NCBI RefSeq assembly: GCF_036365525.1
Contig: NC_090409.1
Location: 39,132,437-39,196,436, forward strand
Length of the DNA stretch: 64,000 nt
Origin: Heterodontus francisci
Lineage: Eukaryota
Direction of reading: 5' to 3'
Part shown: positions 27,801-38,100 of the stretch, one piece after another
Numbering within the stretch: the stretch's first letter is position 1
Layout: each line of letters begins with the position of its first letter
Translations under genes and position numbers: made by a program
Notes under the pieces: model-generated
Database searches by the model: none
What the model was told of the DNA's origin: nothing
The model's input: the letters and a program-made list of their open reading frames with translations, nothing else

Positions 27801-30800
27801 CATTTCTTTTTTTATGCTCTGTCCAACAGTATAACTACTGTTAGGGGGGCCGCATAAACTACTCCCACCAGTGTTTGCTGATTCTTGCTATTCCTAATTT
27901 CCACCCAAACTGATTCTACTTCATGACCTTCTGAGGCCAGATCCCTTCTCACTAATGCCCTTATGTCATCCTTTACCATCAGTGCTTCCCCTCCTCCTTT
28001 GCTATTCTGACTGTCTTTCCGAAATGTTGCATACCTTCGAATATTTATTTCCCAACTTTGTTCACCATGTAACCATGTCTCTGTGATGGCGATTATATTT
28101 AAATCATGTACCTCTATTTGTGCCATTCGTTCATCTATCCTATTGCAGATGTTTCACGCATTCAGATATAGAAATTTTAATTTCATTTTTTTGCTTCTGT
28201 TCCCTTCAATGACCTTATTTGCTGATGTACAATTTCTGTTAAGCTCTCTGTTTCTTCCTGTCCTGTTCTGCTCGTCTTTACCCAAAACGCCATACTGTTC
28301 CACTACCTTTCTCTCTCTCTTCGGATTTCTAAATCTCACTTCTCTTGAACCCTTCCCTCTGTTAGTTCACAACCTCTAGCCTTATCTGCTGGCTCACTCT
28401 TGAGTTTGTAAGCACTGTCCCTTCCTGTCACACCCTGATTATCATTAACCATATTGCCATTTACTCTCTTGCTTTCTCCCCCTTTTTTTAAACTATCACA
28501 ATTTCCCTCACTTGATCCCTCGCCCCCTACTATTTAGTTTAAAGCCCCCTCTACTGCCCTAGTTATACTACTTGCTGAAACATTGATCCCAGCCCGGTTC
28601 AGGTGCAAACCGTCCCTACGGTACAGCTTCCACTTTCCCCAGTACTGGTGCCAGTGCCCCATGAATCGAAACCCATTTCTCCCACACCAATCTTGGAGCA
28701 GAAATTTAGCTCTCTATCATATTTACTCAATTTGCTCATGATTCAGGTAACAACCCAGAGGTTATTACCTCTGAGGTTCTGCTTTTTAATTTAGCCCCGA
28801 GCTGCTCACACTCCCTATGCGCAACCTCTTTCCTAGTCCTATATATGTCGTCGGTACCCATGTGGGCCACGGCAACTGGATCCTTCCCCCTCCCGCTGTA
28901 GCTTCCTCTCCAGCCCTGAGCAGATGTCCCAAACACAGCTGTCTGGACTCTCACTCTTGGCTGCAGAGAACAGTGTCTATCCCCTTCACTATACTGTCCC
29001 CTACTACCACTAGATTCCTATTAACTCCCCCCACCCCCCCCACCCCCACCACCGTTTGAATGGCTTCCTTTACCACGGTGCCATAATCAGTTTGCTCATC
29101 CAACCTGCAGCCCTCACTCTCATCCATACAGGCTGCAAGAACCTCAAACCTGTTGGACAATTTCAAGGGCTGAGGGTCCTCCACTTCTGCCTTCCTGATC
29201 CCTTTATCTGCCTCACTCACAGCCACACCCTCCTGTCCCTGACCACTGACCAAATCAGAAGACCCTATCCCGTGGGGTGTGACTGCCTTCTGGAACAAAG
29301 TGCCCAGGCAACTTTCCCCCCCTCCCTGACGCGTCGCAGTGTCTGCAGCTCGGCCTCCAGCTCACTGACTCTGAGCCGAAGCTCCTCGAGCCGCAGAAAC
29401 TTACTGCAGACGTGTTTGCCCTGGATCACGCTGACGTTCACCAGCTCCCACAGACTGCGGCTGCAACGCGTCACCCACTCTGCCATCCCAATTGTCTTTT
29501 AATTAACGATATATTGACTTCATGAATTGATAGGAAATATTCACCAGCCAATCTATGAAGCTGCACTAGTATTAGGAAATCAAACCTCGCAATTGGTAAG
29601 TTTACCAGATGCTGTTGCTGTTACTAAAAACACACCAGTGGCCATCTGATAGATCAGATTCAAAGTGCATCTCATACGTCCAAACTATCAAAGTTGGGAA
29701 AGTAACAACCAATACTGTGAAAATAATTTCTCAGTCCTGACAGCAGAACCTTTCACACACACATCGGCGGGGAAACAGCTGAGAGCACTCAGTACTCATT
29801 GGCGTATTTCCCCCTTGTGTCTTCGTAGAATCACAGAATGGTCAGAGCACAGGAGGAGGCCATTCGGCCCGTCCTGTCTGTGCTGGCTCTCTGTCAGAGC
29901 AACTCAGCTCGTCCCACTGCCCCCCGCCTTTTCCCCCCCTAGCCCCCGCACAACTTTACTCTTCACATCATTATCCAATTGCCTTTTGAAAGCCACCATT
30001 GAATGTTCCTCCACCACACTCTCAGGCAGCGCATTCCACATCCCAAACACTCGCTGACCAAAAAAGTTTCCCCCCTCCCCCATTCCGCCATTGCTTCTTT
30101 CTCCAATCGCCTTAAATCGGTGTCCTCTGACTCTCCATCCTTCCACCAACGGGAACAGTTTCTCCCGATCGCCCTGGTGGTTTCAAACACCTCGATCAAA
30201 TCTCCTCTCAAAGGAGAACAGTCCCAGCTTCTCCAATCTATCCACGTAACTGAAGTCTCTCATCCCTGGAACCATTCTGGTGAATCTATTCTGCACTCTC
30301 TCGAAAGCCTTCACATCTTTCTTAAAGTGTGGCGCCCAGAATTGGACACAATACTCCAGCTGAGGCCGAATCAGTGTTTTATAACGGTTCACCATAACTT
30401 CCTTGCTTTGTGCTCTATGCCTCTATTTATAAAGCCCAGGATACTGTCTGCTTTATGAACCACTTTCTCAACCTGTTCTGCCATCTTCAATGATTTGTAC
30501 ACATATACCCCCAGGTCCCTCTGCTGCTGCACCCTCTTAAGAATCGTACCCTTTATTTCATATTGCCTCTCCTCGTTCTGCCGACCAAAATGTATCTCTT
30601 CACACTCAGCCTCTCAATTGCCCTTGTGTTCTCACTTTGCTTTTACTGTCGAGTTGTCGGGAATCTCCGAGTAACCTGCGGAGCCACAGTGAAATGCCAA
30701 AAGCCCCGTTAATGTCTCTGTAATCCAGTGATTAACAGGTCGAGATAGGCACCGCGGGAGGTTTCGCACACGCAGCCTGACGCAGCTGGAGTGGGCCCTT

Positions 30801-31406
30801 GGGCGCCGGCAAGTTGGAACCCTATCCAGGAAGCGGCTTCATTGGCTGGAAAGTGCTCTGGCACGCCCGGAGGTGGGGAAAGGTGCTACAGAAATGCAAG
30901 TCTGTCTTTCTTAAAGCTGCGACCCGACGCTTTTGGAGAGAATTAACGGCTGATTCAGCGAGCGGGTAGTGGGGGGGGGGGCGGGTGGTGGGGGCAGGGG
31001 GGAATCAGATTGAGCCCGTGAGGCCCCATGTAGTCAAATAGCCCACTCCCAGGGGGGCGTGCCGCCCACCCTTTCCTTCTGGAAAAGAATTTCCTCTCTC
31101 TGAGGCAATAAACGTCAGGAAGCTGTCACTCACCGGTGGGTAGGTGCCGGCCAACGAGAGCTCCATGCTGGCCATCATGAGCCCGATGCCCAGTCCGGCC
31201 ACCAGCAGCGAGTAGGCACTCAGCCTCCTCTTGTACTCCACGATGCCCTTCCTCCGCTGCAGCCTGACGGCCAGGTCCGCCAGGGGGTCAACCGCCCTCT
31301 TCCTGGTATTCTGCCTCCCTGGCACGGTGCCGGGGGTCCGCGTTAGGTCTTCTCGGGGGAGTGGAGAGAGCTGCAGCTCGACCACTGTCACGTCAGGGTA
31401 GGACAT
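748..31406 (-). CDS. KCNN4: KCNN4-like intermediate-conductance Ca2+-activated K+ channel (KCa3.1/SK4); 7 coding exons in window, last exon off the left edge
   Basis: Exons 31134-31406, 18181-18270, 13339-13724, 12274-12412, 10451-10561, 4178-4296 and 748-817 join in frame with GT-AG sites and compatible phases. The product has 6 TM segments, pore TIGYGD and CaM-binding EKHVHNFM...[27 protein letters not shown], Thr before IGYG and GV.CTAL favour KCNN4 over KCNN1-3. Confidence 0.88.
864..2057 (+). mobile_element. Deu-domain SINE (SacSINE1/AmnSINE1-related) with expanded internal 33-bp array
   Basis: tRNA-like head, (agtactgagggagtgctgcactgtcggagggtc)n, Deu-type body gatgagacattaa..ccgaggcccc..gtaaaagatccca, tctt tail. 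Confidence 0.8.
2345..3708 (+). repeat. 35-bp minisatellite, G-rich orientation, about 39 copies
   Basis: Unit gatgggagagttaggggactagagggatggtcttc. Confidence 0.97.
3735..4010 (-). mobile_element. LINE 3'-end fragment
   Basis: Same 3' end as elements at 17790, 23685, 31875 and 41700. Confidence 0.7.
4178..4296 (-). CDS. KCNN4: KCNN4-like exon 6 (calmodulin-binding domain)
   Basis: tgccag|[40 protein letters not shown]|gtgagt; 119 nt, phase 0/2. Confidence 0.92.
4412..9920 (-). repeat. 35-bp minisatellite, inverted orientation, about 157 copies
   Basis: Unit gaagaccatccctctagtcccctaactctcccatc, the reverse complement of the 2345-3708 unit. Confidence 0.97.
9985..10390 (+). mobile_element. 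tRNA-derived SINE with LINE-derived 3' tail
   Basis: B-box ggttcgaacccc; tail cagctcaccaccaccttctc...atgaataaaa shared with the LINE 3' ends in this window. Confidence 0.75.
10451..10561 (-). CDS. KCNN4: KCNN4-like exon 5 (S6, HA helix)
   Basis: cccaaag|[37 protein letters not shown]|gtgagg; 111 nt; not in the ORF track. Confidence 0.93.
10740..11790 (+). mobile_element. L2-like LINE 3' fragment with internal 37-bp array (about 10880-11465)
   Basis: Degenerate LHWLPV...GGRAFS...LWNSLP; unit ccctacacctttccctatctctgtaacctccgccagc. Confidence 0.75.
11800..11985 (-). mobile_element. Deu-SINE body fragment
   Basis: Reverse complement of about 1770-1940. Confidence 0.75.
12274..12412 (-). CDS. 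KCNN4: KCNN4-like exon 4 (pore)
   Basis: cccacag|[46 protein letters not shown]|gtaaga; 139 nt, phase 2/0. Confidence 0.95.
12831..12870 (+). ncRNA. Minimal type I hammerhead ribozyme motif (Penelope-associated)
   Basis: GAGTT-CTGATGA-AGGGTC gcac GACCT-GAA-ACGT-T-AACTC: 5-bp stem I, intact core, stem II, palindromic ACGT in place of stem III. Confidence 0.7.
13339..13724 (-). CDS. KCNN4: KCNN4-like exon 3 (S3-S5)
   Basis: tctcag|[16 protein letters not shown]...[10 protein letters not shown]...[12 protein letters not shown]...WMLSLCER|gtaaat; 386 nt, phase 0/2. Confidence 0.93.
14107..14645 (+). mobile_element. Solo LTR
   Basis: TGTTA...TAACA termini, internal AATAAA near 14578, flanks ATAT/ATAC; 3' part matches 59016-59150 in reverse. 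Confidence 0.7.
14646..14798 (-). repeat. Short 33-bp Deu-SINE array remnant
   Basis: (actgaccctccgacagtgcagcactccctcagt)n. Confidence 0.85.
14799..17425 (-). mobile_element. Young 5'-truncated CR1/HER1-type LINE (partial endonuclease plus RT)
   Basis: ORFs 16483-17400 (GDFN, SDHN) and 14901-16496 ([23 protein letters not shown]) with one frameshift; microsatellite tail. Confidence 0.95.
17790..18085 (-). mobile_element. LINE 3'-end fragment
   Basis: Near-identical to 23690-23975 and 41715-42000. Confidence 0.8.
18181..18270 (-). CDS. KCNN4: KCNN4-like exon 2 (S2)
   Basis: tttaacag|[30 protein letters not shown]|gtaatt; 90 nt, phase 0/0. Confidence 0.88.
18468..21345. repeat. 31-32-bp minisatellite, about 90 copies
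   Basis: Unit cc(c)cggggaccccctgtaaatactgacacact. Confidence 0.97.
21617..22700 (-). mobile_element. Deu-SINE with 33-bp array
   Basis: Reverse-complement copy of the 864-2057 family. Confidence 0.8.
23685..25085 (-). mobile_element. 5'-truncated LINE (RT C-terminal half)
   Basis: [21 protein letters not shown] peptides. Confidence 0.9.
25447..29500 (-). mobile_element. Near full-length degenerate CR1 LINE (ORF1 plus ORF2)
   Basis: ORF1: Cys-rich/coiled coil [15 protein letters not shown] and SGNH esterase [13 protein letters not shown]2: [30 protein letters not shown]. Many stops and frameshifts. Confidence 0.9.
29825..30610 (-). mobile_element. CR1 3' fragment
   Basis: [20 protein letters not shown]. 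Confidence 0.85.
31134..31406 (-). CDS. KCNN4: KCNN4-like coding exon 1 (N-terminus, S1)
   Basis: MSYPDV...[44 protein letters not shown], followed by donor GTGAGT, phase 0. The start codon choice is uncertain because there is another in-frame ATG at 31520. Confidence 0.85.
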
Positions 31407-32329
31407 GCTGGTGGGGTGCTCAGAGAGAGAGAGCGACACACACACACACACAGAAGGAGAGAGAAAGAGAGAGCTCCCTTCAGTGACGCAAGGCTTAGTT
31501 TTATCAAACAGGGCTGACATTAGGATAGGAAACACCAGTTTCCTTTGCAAGGCTGAATATAGCCACCACCCACAACATGCGAAGGGGGTTTTACCATCCT
31601 GCGGAGGCAGGGGACTTGCCTGGAATCTGTATATTACTCAGCTTTGGCCTTCTCTGCTTTGTGATTCAATGTCATAATGGTGCTTTGAAGCCAGGGACCA
31701 TCATTGCCGACCAGTCTCCCATCCAAACACCAGAGGACAGGTACATAGCAAGGGTCAGTGGCTCAGCTTAGAGGTAAAACCGCTGCTTAGAATCATGCAT
31801 TGCAGTAGGAGGCCATTCTGCCCATCGGGTCAGTACTAGCCCTTCACAGGAGCTGTTCAATTCGGGCTTTTTTTTTAAAAAAATTCGTTCATGGGATGTG
31901 GACGTCGCTGGCCAGGCCAGCGTTTCTTGCCCATCGCAAATTGAGCCTTCTTGAACCGCTGCAGTCCGTGTGGGGTGGGTACACTCACAGTGCTGTTCGG
32001 GAGGGAGCTCCGGGATTTTGACCCATCGACAGTGAAGGAACGGCGATATAGTTCCAAGTCAGGATGCTGTGTGATTTATTTATGTTTCATTTAATCTGTG
32101 TCTTTGCACAAAACAAGATACCATCAGAACTCTGTGCGGCTGCCGAGCAACCCTCCCCTGCCGAACTTCCCTATTAAACAGGAGCACCTTTTAAACTCTG
32201 CAGCTTTCCCTCGGATTGCTGCATGAACAGAACAGTCCTGCAATAAAGCTGCTATAGACTTACTGCCCACAGGAGGGCACCATTGAGCACAACCCACACA
32301 ATCCTATTCCCACAGAATGATTAATTGTC

Positions 32330-33188
32330 AGAAAAAGACTTGCATTTCTCTAGCGCCTTTCATCACCTCAGGACGTCCCAAAGCGTTTCACAGACAATGA
32401 AGGACTTTCCAAGGGTCGTCACTGCTGTAATGCAGGAAACGCAGTGGCCAATTTTCACACAGCAAGATCCCAAAATCAGCAATAAGATAATGACACGGAT
32501 CAGCTGTTTTTTTTCATGATGTTGCTTGAGGGATAAATATTGTCCCCAGGACACCGGGGAGAACTCCCCCCCCTGCTCTTCTTCCAAATAGTGGCCGTGG
32601 GATCTTTTACACCCACCTGAGAGGGCAGACGGGGGCCTCGTTTAATGTCTCATCTGAAAGAGGCACCTCCGACAGTGCAGCACTCCCTCAGTACTGACCC
32701 TCGGACAGTGCGGCACTCCCTCAGTACTGACCCTCCGACAGTGCAGCACTCCCTCAGTACTGACCCTCCAACAGTGCAGCACTCCCTCAGTCCTGACCCT
32801 CCGACAGTGCGGCACTCCCTCAGTACTGACCCTCCGACAGTGCAGCACTCCCTCCATGCTGTCCCTCTGACAGTGCGGCGCTCCCTCAGTACTGACCCTC
32901 CGACAGTGCAGCACTCCCTCAGTACTGACCCTCCGACAGTGCGGCGCTCCCTCCGTGCTGTCCCTCTGACAGTGCGGCGCTCCCTCAGTACTGACCCTCC
33001 AACAGTGCGGCACTCCCTCAGTACTGACCCTCCGACAGTGCAGCACTCCCTCAGTGCTGTCCCTCTGACAGTGCAGCACTCCCTCAGTGCTGTCCCTCCG
33101 ACAGTGCAGCGTTCCCTCAGTACTGACCCTCCGACAGTGCAGCACTCCCTCAGCACTGACCCTCCGACAGTGCAGCACACCCTCAGTA
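32330..33188 (-). mobile_element. Deu-SINE with 33-bp array
   Basis: Same body and array as 864-2057. Confidence 0.8.
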
Positions 33189-34288
33189 ACAGGCCTTTCG
33201 GCCCATCTGCTCCATGCTGGTGATTCTGCCCCACACGAGCCTCCTCCCACCCCCCTCTCCATCTCACCATATCCTTCTATTCCTTTCTCCCTCATGTCTT
33301 TATCCAGCTTCCCCTTAAATGTATCGATACTATTCACCTCAACCACTCCCTGTGGGAGCGAGTTCCACATTCTCACCACTCTCTGGGGAAAGAGGTTTCT
33401 CCGGAATTCCCCATTGGATTTATTAGTGACTGTCTGATATTGATGGCCCCGAGTTCTGGTCTCTCCCCCCACAAGTGGAAACATCTTCTCTCCGTCTACC
33501 CAATCGAAACCCCCTTCATCATTTTTTTAAAACACAGCTTCAAAAACTGACAACTACAAAAAAGAAAGTCACCTTTATACAACACATTTGACAATCTCAG
33601 GATGTCTCAAAACATTCATGCTGGATAAACACATGAGGGAGAAAGGACTAGACGGATATGGTGGGAGGAGGCTGGTGTGGGGCAGTAACACTGTTAATGG
33701 ACTGCCACAGAGGTCAATGCTGGGACCTCAACTACTTACAATCAATAGTCATGACTTAGATGAAGGGACCGAGTGAATTGCAGCCAAGTTTGCTGGTGAT
33801 ACAATGATAGGTGGGAGAGTAAGTTGTGAATAAGACCCAAAGAGTCAGCAAAGTGATATCGACAGAGATCGGTGAAGTGAGTGGACAAGATTTGGCAGAT
33901 GGAGTATAATGTGGGAAAATGTGAGGTTGTCCACTTTGGCAGGAAGAATAGAAAAGCAGAATAATATTTAAATGGAGAGAGACTGCAGAATGCTGTGGTA
34001 CAGAGGAACCTGGGTGTCCTTGTACATGAATCACAAAGAGTCAGTCTGCAGGTACAAGTAATCAGGAAAGAAAATGGGATGTTGGCCTTTATTGCAAGGG
34101 GAATGGAATATAAAAGTAGGGAAGTCTTGCTACAACTGTACAGGACAGTGGTGAGACCACATCTAGAGTACTGTGTACAGATTTGCTCTCCTTATTTAAG
34201 GAGGGATATACTTGCGTTGGAAGCAGTTCAGAGAAGGTTCACTAGGCTGATTCCTGGGATGAGGGATTGGCCTGATGAGGAAAGGTTA
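33189..34288. mobile_element. Two CR1 fragments in opposite orientations
   Basis: Minus strand TRGH...QRVVRMWNSLP; plus strand [10 protein letters not shown]. Confidence 0.8.
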
Positions 34289-34289
34289 G

Positions 34290-34730
34290 TTACTGAGGGA
34301 GCGCCGCATTGTCGGAGGGTCAGGACTGAGGGAGTGCTGCACTGTTGGAGGGTCACTACTGGGGGAGTGCCGCACTGTCGGAGGGTCAGTACTGAGGGAG
34401 TGCCACACAGTCAGAGGGTCAGTACTGAGGGAGTGCCACACTGTCGGAGGGTCAGTACTGAGGGAGTGCTGCACTGTCGGAGGTGCCGTCTTTCAGATGA
34501 GACATTAAACCGAGGCCCCCGTCTGCCCTCTCAGGTGGGTGTAAAAGATCCCACGGCCACTATTTGGAAGAAGAGCGGGGGGGGGGGTAGTTCTCCCCGG
34601 TGTCCTGGGGACAATATTTATCCCTCAACCAACATCACTAAAAAAAAACAGATGATCTGGGTCATTATTACATTGTTGTTGGGATCTTGCTGTGTCTAAT
34701 GGCTGCTGCATCTCTGACATTACAACACGC
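34290..34730 (+). mobile_element. Deu-SINE (headless) with 33-bp array
   Basis: Array followed by Deu body. Confidence 0.8.
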
Positions 34731-34871
34731 TGGTAATCTGATGTAATGGTAATAAAACAGTATTGGAAATCTTTCAGCAGCGAATACAGTGATCAGAATA
34801 CTTCATATCGAGCCGAGATTGATAGATTCTCTGAATGAGAGCAGTGAGAAAACAAAATTAAATCAAGGTAA

Positions 34872-34877
34872 TTTATT
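34872..34877 (-). promoter_or_regulatory. Putative polyadenylation signal of copy A
   Basis: tttatt on the plus strand (AATAAA on minus), downstream of the stop at 35004. Confidence 0.55.
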
Positions 34878-35003
34878 ATTGTGGGTTTCAAATGGTCCTA
34901 ACAACTCAAACTGAATCGCTTCAAAGCCATTCGTATCTACCCAGCCTTCTGCTCAACGACTCTGCAGGTGCCAGACACTGACCACAACACACAGCACTGT
35001 TCG

Positions 35004-35172
35004 TTACTGCTGGACAGCCCCGTTCCCCAGAAGGTTTTGTTCTCCAGCTGCTCCATTCTGATGCTCAGGTGCTGTTGTGAAACATGGGACCTTGTGACCT
35101 GAACAAGTCACCCCTGTCAAAGGGACGACATTAGATGCTTCATTGCGATTGATGCTGAGTTTGTTCTCTTTC
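35004..35172 (-). CDS. Copy A terminal exon (cytoplasmic tail)
   Basis: Acceptor ggtttttccctcccag; phase 2 gives (W)KENKLSINRNEASNVVPLTGVTCSGHKVPCFTTAPEHQNGAAGEQNLLGNGAVQQ*; AATAAA about 130 nt downstream. Confidence 0.7.
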
Positions 35173-38100
35173 CTGGGAGGGAAAAACCAGCAGAGTTCAG
35201 GTTACATTAAAAGAATCCAACACTTTGTACAAGTGGGTAAAGGAGCTGTTCAGGAACACAGACCGATTAAATTACACTCAACATCCTGGGCACCAATGGC
35301 AGTTGGAAAATGGGTCACAGGAGCTGCACGGTGATGGAGCACAGAGTGTAGAGGAGAGGAGGCTGATAGAGGAGGCAATGGGCAAGAGCTGGACACTCCA
35401 CAGGACCTGTGCTGACCGAGGCACCAGACCAATAGAAAAATAACAGCTCACCTCAACATTGGAGATTAAGAAGAATTGATGAGGATCTCGGTTAACACTG
35501 AGCTGAAGATGATGGGGATCAGACCAGACAGGAGGAGGCTGGGAATGTCCGTACTCTCCAGACTGATCCTGTATTATTGAGAGGAGTCACAGATGGACAG
35601 GATATTCCCTGATGTGATCAAACCCAACCCAGCAGTGACCAAACAGGCTGACGGAGGCAGAAATATCGAGATGGGCGAGAGTCAGTGATCAGAGTTAGAG
35701 AGTCTGCTTAGTTAGTTAGTTCCCCCTCCCCACTGGCAGGTGGGTAAGAGGTGGGCAGGGAGATGTGGATGTTGAGGGAGACAGAGAAATGCAGCATATC
35801 CTTGTTAGTGATCAAAACCACAGATGGCCGGGTCACAGGGGGTGGTTTGAAAAATGTAACCACAAATAGAGATTGAACAACAACATGCATTGATATAGCT
35901 CCTTTATCATCCCAAGGTGCTTCACAGGAGCAATTATTAAACAAAATTTAACACTGAGTCACATAGGGATATTTTCGGACAGGTGATCAAAAGCTCAGTC
36001 AAAGAGGCAGCTTTTCAGGGAGAGGCGGAGGGGTTTTCAGAGGGAATTCCAGGAGCTTAGGGCCCAGACATCTGAAAGCACGGCCACCAATGGTAGAACG
36101 ATAGGAATCAGGGGATGTGCAAGAGGCCAGAATTGGAGGAGCACAGAGATCTCGGAGGGTTGTAGCACTGGAGGAGGTTACAAAAAGAGAGAGAGGGGGT
36201 GAGGAGACCTCAGAGGGATTTGAACAGGAGGATGAATGTAGGACAGTGAGTACAGGAGTGATGGGTGAATGGGACTTGGTGTGAGTTAGGATTCGGGGCA
36301 GCAGAATTTTAGATGAGCTCAAGTTTACGGTGGGTGCAAGGTGGAATTGGCCAGGGGAACATTGGAATTGTCGAGTCCAGAGATAACAAAGGCACGGATG
36401 GAGGGTTTCAGGAGATGGGAGCGGACACAGGGTATATCAGAGGTAGAGGGAGGGGTTCTTAGTGATGGAGAGGATATGGAGTGAGCAGCTCAGCACAGGG
36501 TCTGATAGGACTCCGAGGTTGTGAACAGTCTGGTTCAGCCTCAGACAGTGGCCAGGGAGGGGGATGGAGTCAGTGGCTGGGGAACAGATCAAGGATCAGA
36601 GGCTGGTGAAAAGTCAGAGGAGAGGGGACAAGGGGATTTTAGGTGTAGGCTGGTGAGTTGTTTGCTGCAGAGATTAGGCGAGTGTCTATTAACTGTGTGA
36701 TAGAGGGAGCCGCACATTCCTGCTCTTCACCTTCAGTTCAGCAGCTAGAGGATGACAACAAGCTGGAAGTGACTGGATAATGCAGCATTGAAACATCCCA
36801 CACAGCACAAAGTGTATCAGTGCACACAACATTTCCACAACACCAAATATAATAAAACAAAACTAGAATTAACAATGGGAACTGTAGAACATTCTAGAAC
36901 TCACCATCTTTGTCGCTTTCGGACAACAAAAACCACAATTACAGCAATGAGGAGGAGAAGAAGAAGAATTCCGATGACCAATCCAACTATTGCTTCAGTA
37001 GAGAGTCCACGACCTGGAGACAGAATGAAGCCGTTAACAGACTGCGACACACTAACAAAACTAACAGCAGAGACTGTCAGCACCTAGTGTTTCAGAACCA
37101 TCCCCAGTACAAACACATCCCTGGTCAATTCTAGTCCTGGAGGAATGTGNNNNNNNNNNNNNNNNNNNNNNNNNNNNNNNNNNNNNNNNNNNNNNNNNNN
37201 NNNNNNNNNNNNNNNNNNNNNNNNNNNNNNNNNNNNNNNNNNNNNNNNNNNNNNNNNNNNNNNNNNNNNNNNNNNNNNNNNNNNNNNNNNNNNNNNNNNN
37301 NNNNNNNNNNGCACACACTCACTGCCCCACAGTCTGATTGATACATGCTTTCCAATGCAGAGAACTGGACACTGACCAGCAGCAGCCTCCCTTCAATTTG
37401 GGAATGGAAAGGGAGTTTGGAGATGGAACAACAGCTTCCAAGGGTGAGGGGTTGTTTTTTTTTGAGGAGGGGGTGATGATGGTGGATTTAAAAGGAGGAA
37501 TGGAGAATATCTGAAGAGAAAGAACCATTTAAAATACCGGCTCACGTGGGACCAGGAGGGAAAGTTGGATGATTAGTAGTTTAGCAGGAACAGGATCAAG
37601 GGGACAGGAGGTGGGTCTCATGGACAAGATGAGTTTAGAGAGGGAATGAGTGGAAATAGGAGAGAAACCAGAGAAAGATGAGAGTTCAGGGTTAGGGCAG
37701 GGGGGAGGATTATAGGAGGTTTAGCCAGGTGGGCTACTGGAAGGGAGGGACACAGCAGAAGCAGCACAGTGGCACAGTGTTTAGCACTGCAGCCTCACAG
37801 CTCCAGCGACCCGGGTTCAATTCTGGGTGCTGCCCGTGTGGAGTTTGCAAGTTCTCCCTGTGTCTGCGTGGGTTTCCTCCGGGTGCTCCGGTTTCCTCCC
37901 ACAGCCAGAAGACTTGCAGGTTGATAGGTAAATTGGCCATTGTAAATTGCCCCTAGTATAGGTAGGTGGTAGGGAAATATAGAGACAGGTGGGGACATGG
38001 TAAGAGTATGGGATGAATGTAGGATTAGTATAAATGGGTGGTTGATGGTCGGCTCAGACTCGGTGGGCCGAACGGCCTGTTTCAGTGTTGTATCTCGAAA

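Noticed and set aside
31407-31550. N-terminal extension of KCNN4 in the ORF track
   Set aside because: Passes through (TG)n/(TC)n microsatellite and shows no channel similarity; more likely UTR or intron, though not excluded
31480-31625. GATA, CRE/AP-1-like and NF-kB-like motifs upstream of KCNN4
   Set aside because: Short, partly imperfect matches expected by chance, and the TSS is unknown
37150-37310. Hidden exon in the N gap, and ORFs spanning it
   Set aside because: The homologous interval in copy B is only about 65 bp with no exon; the X-rich ORFs are artefacts
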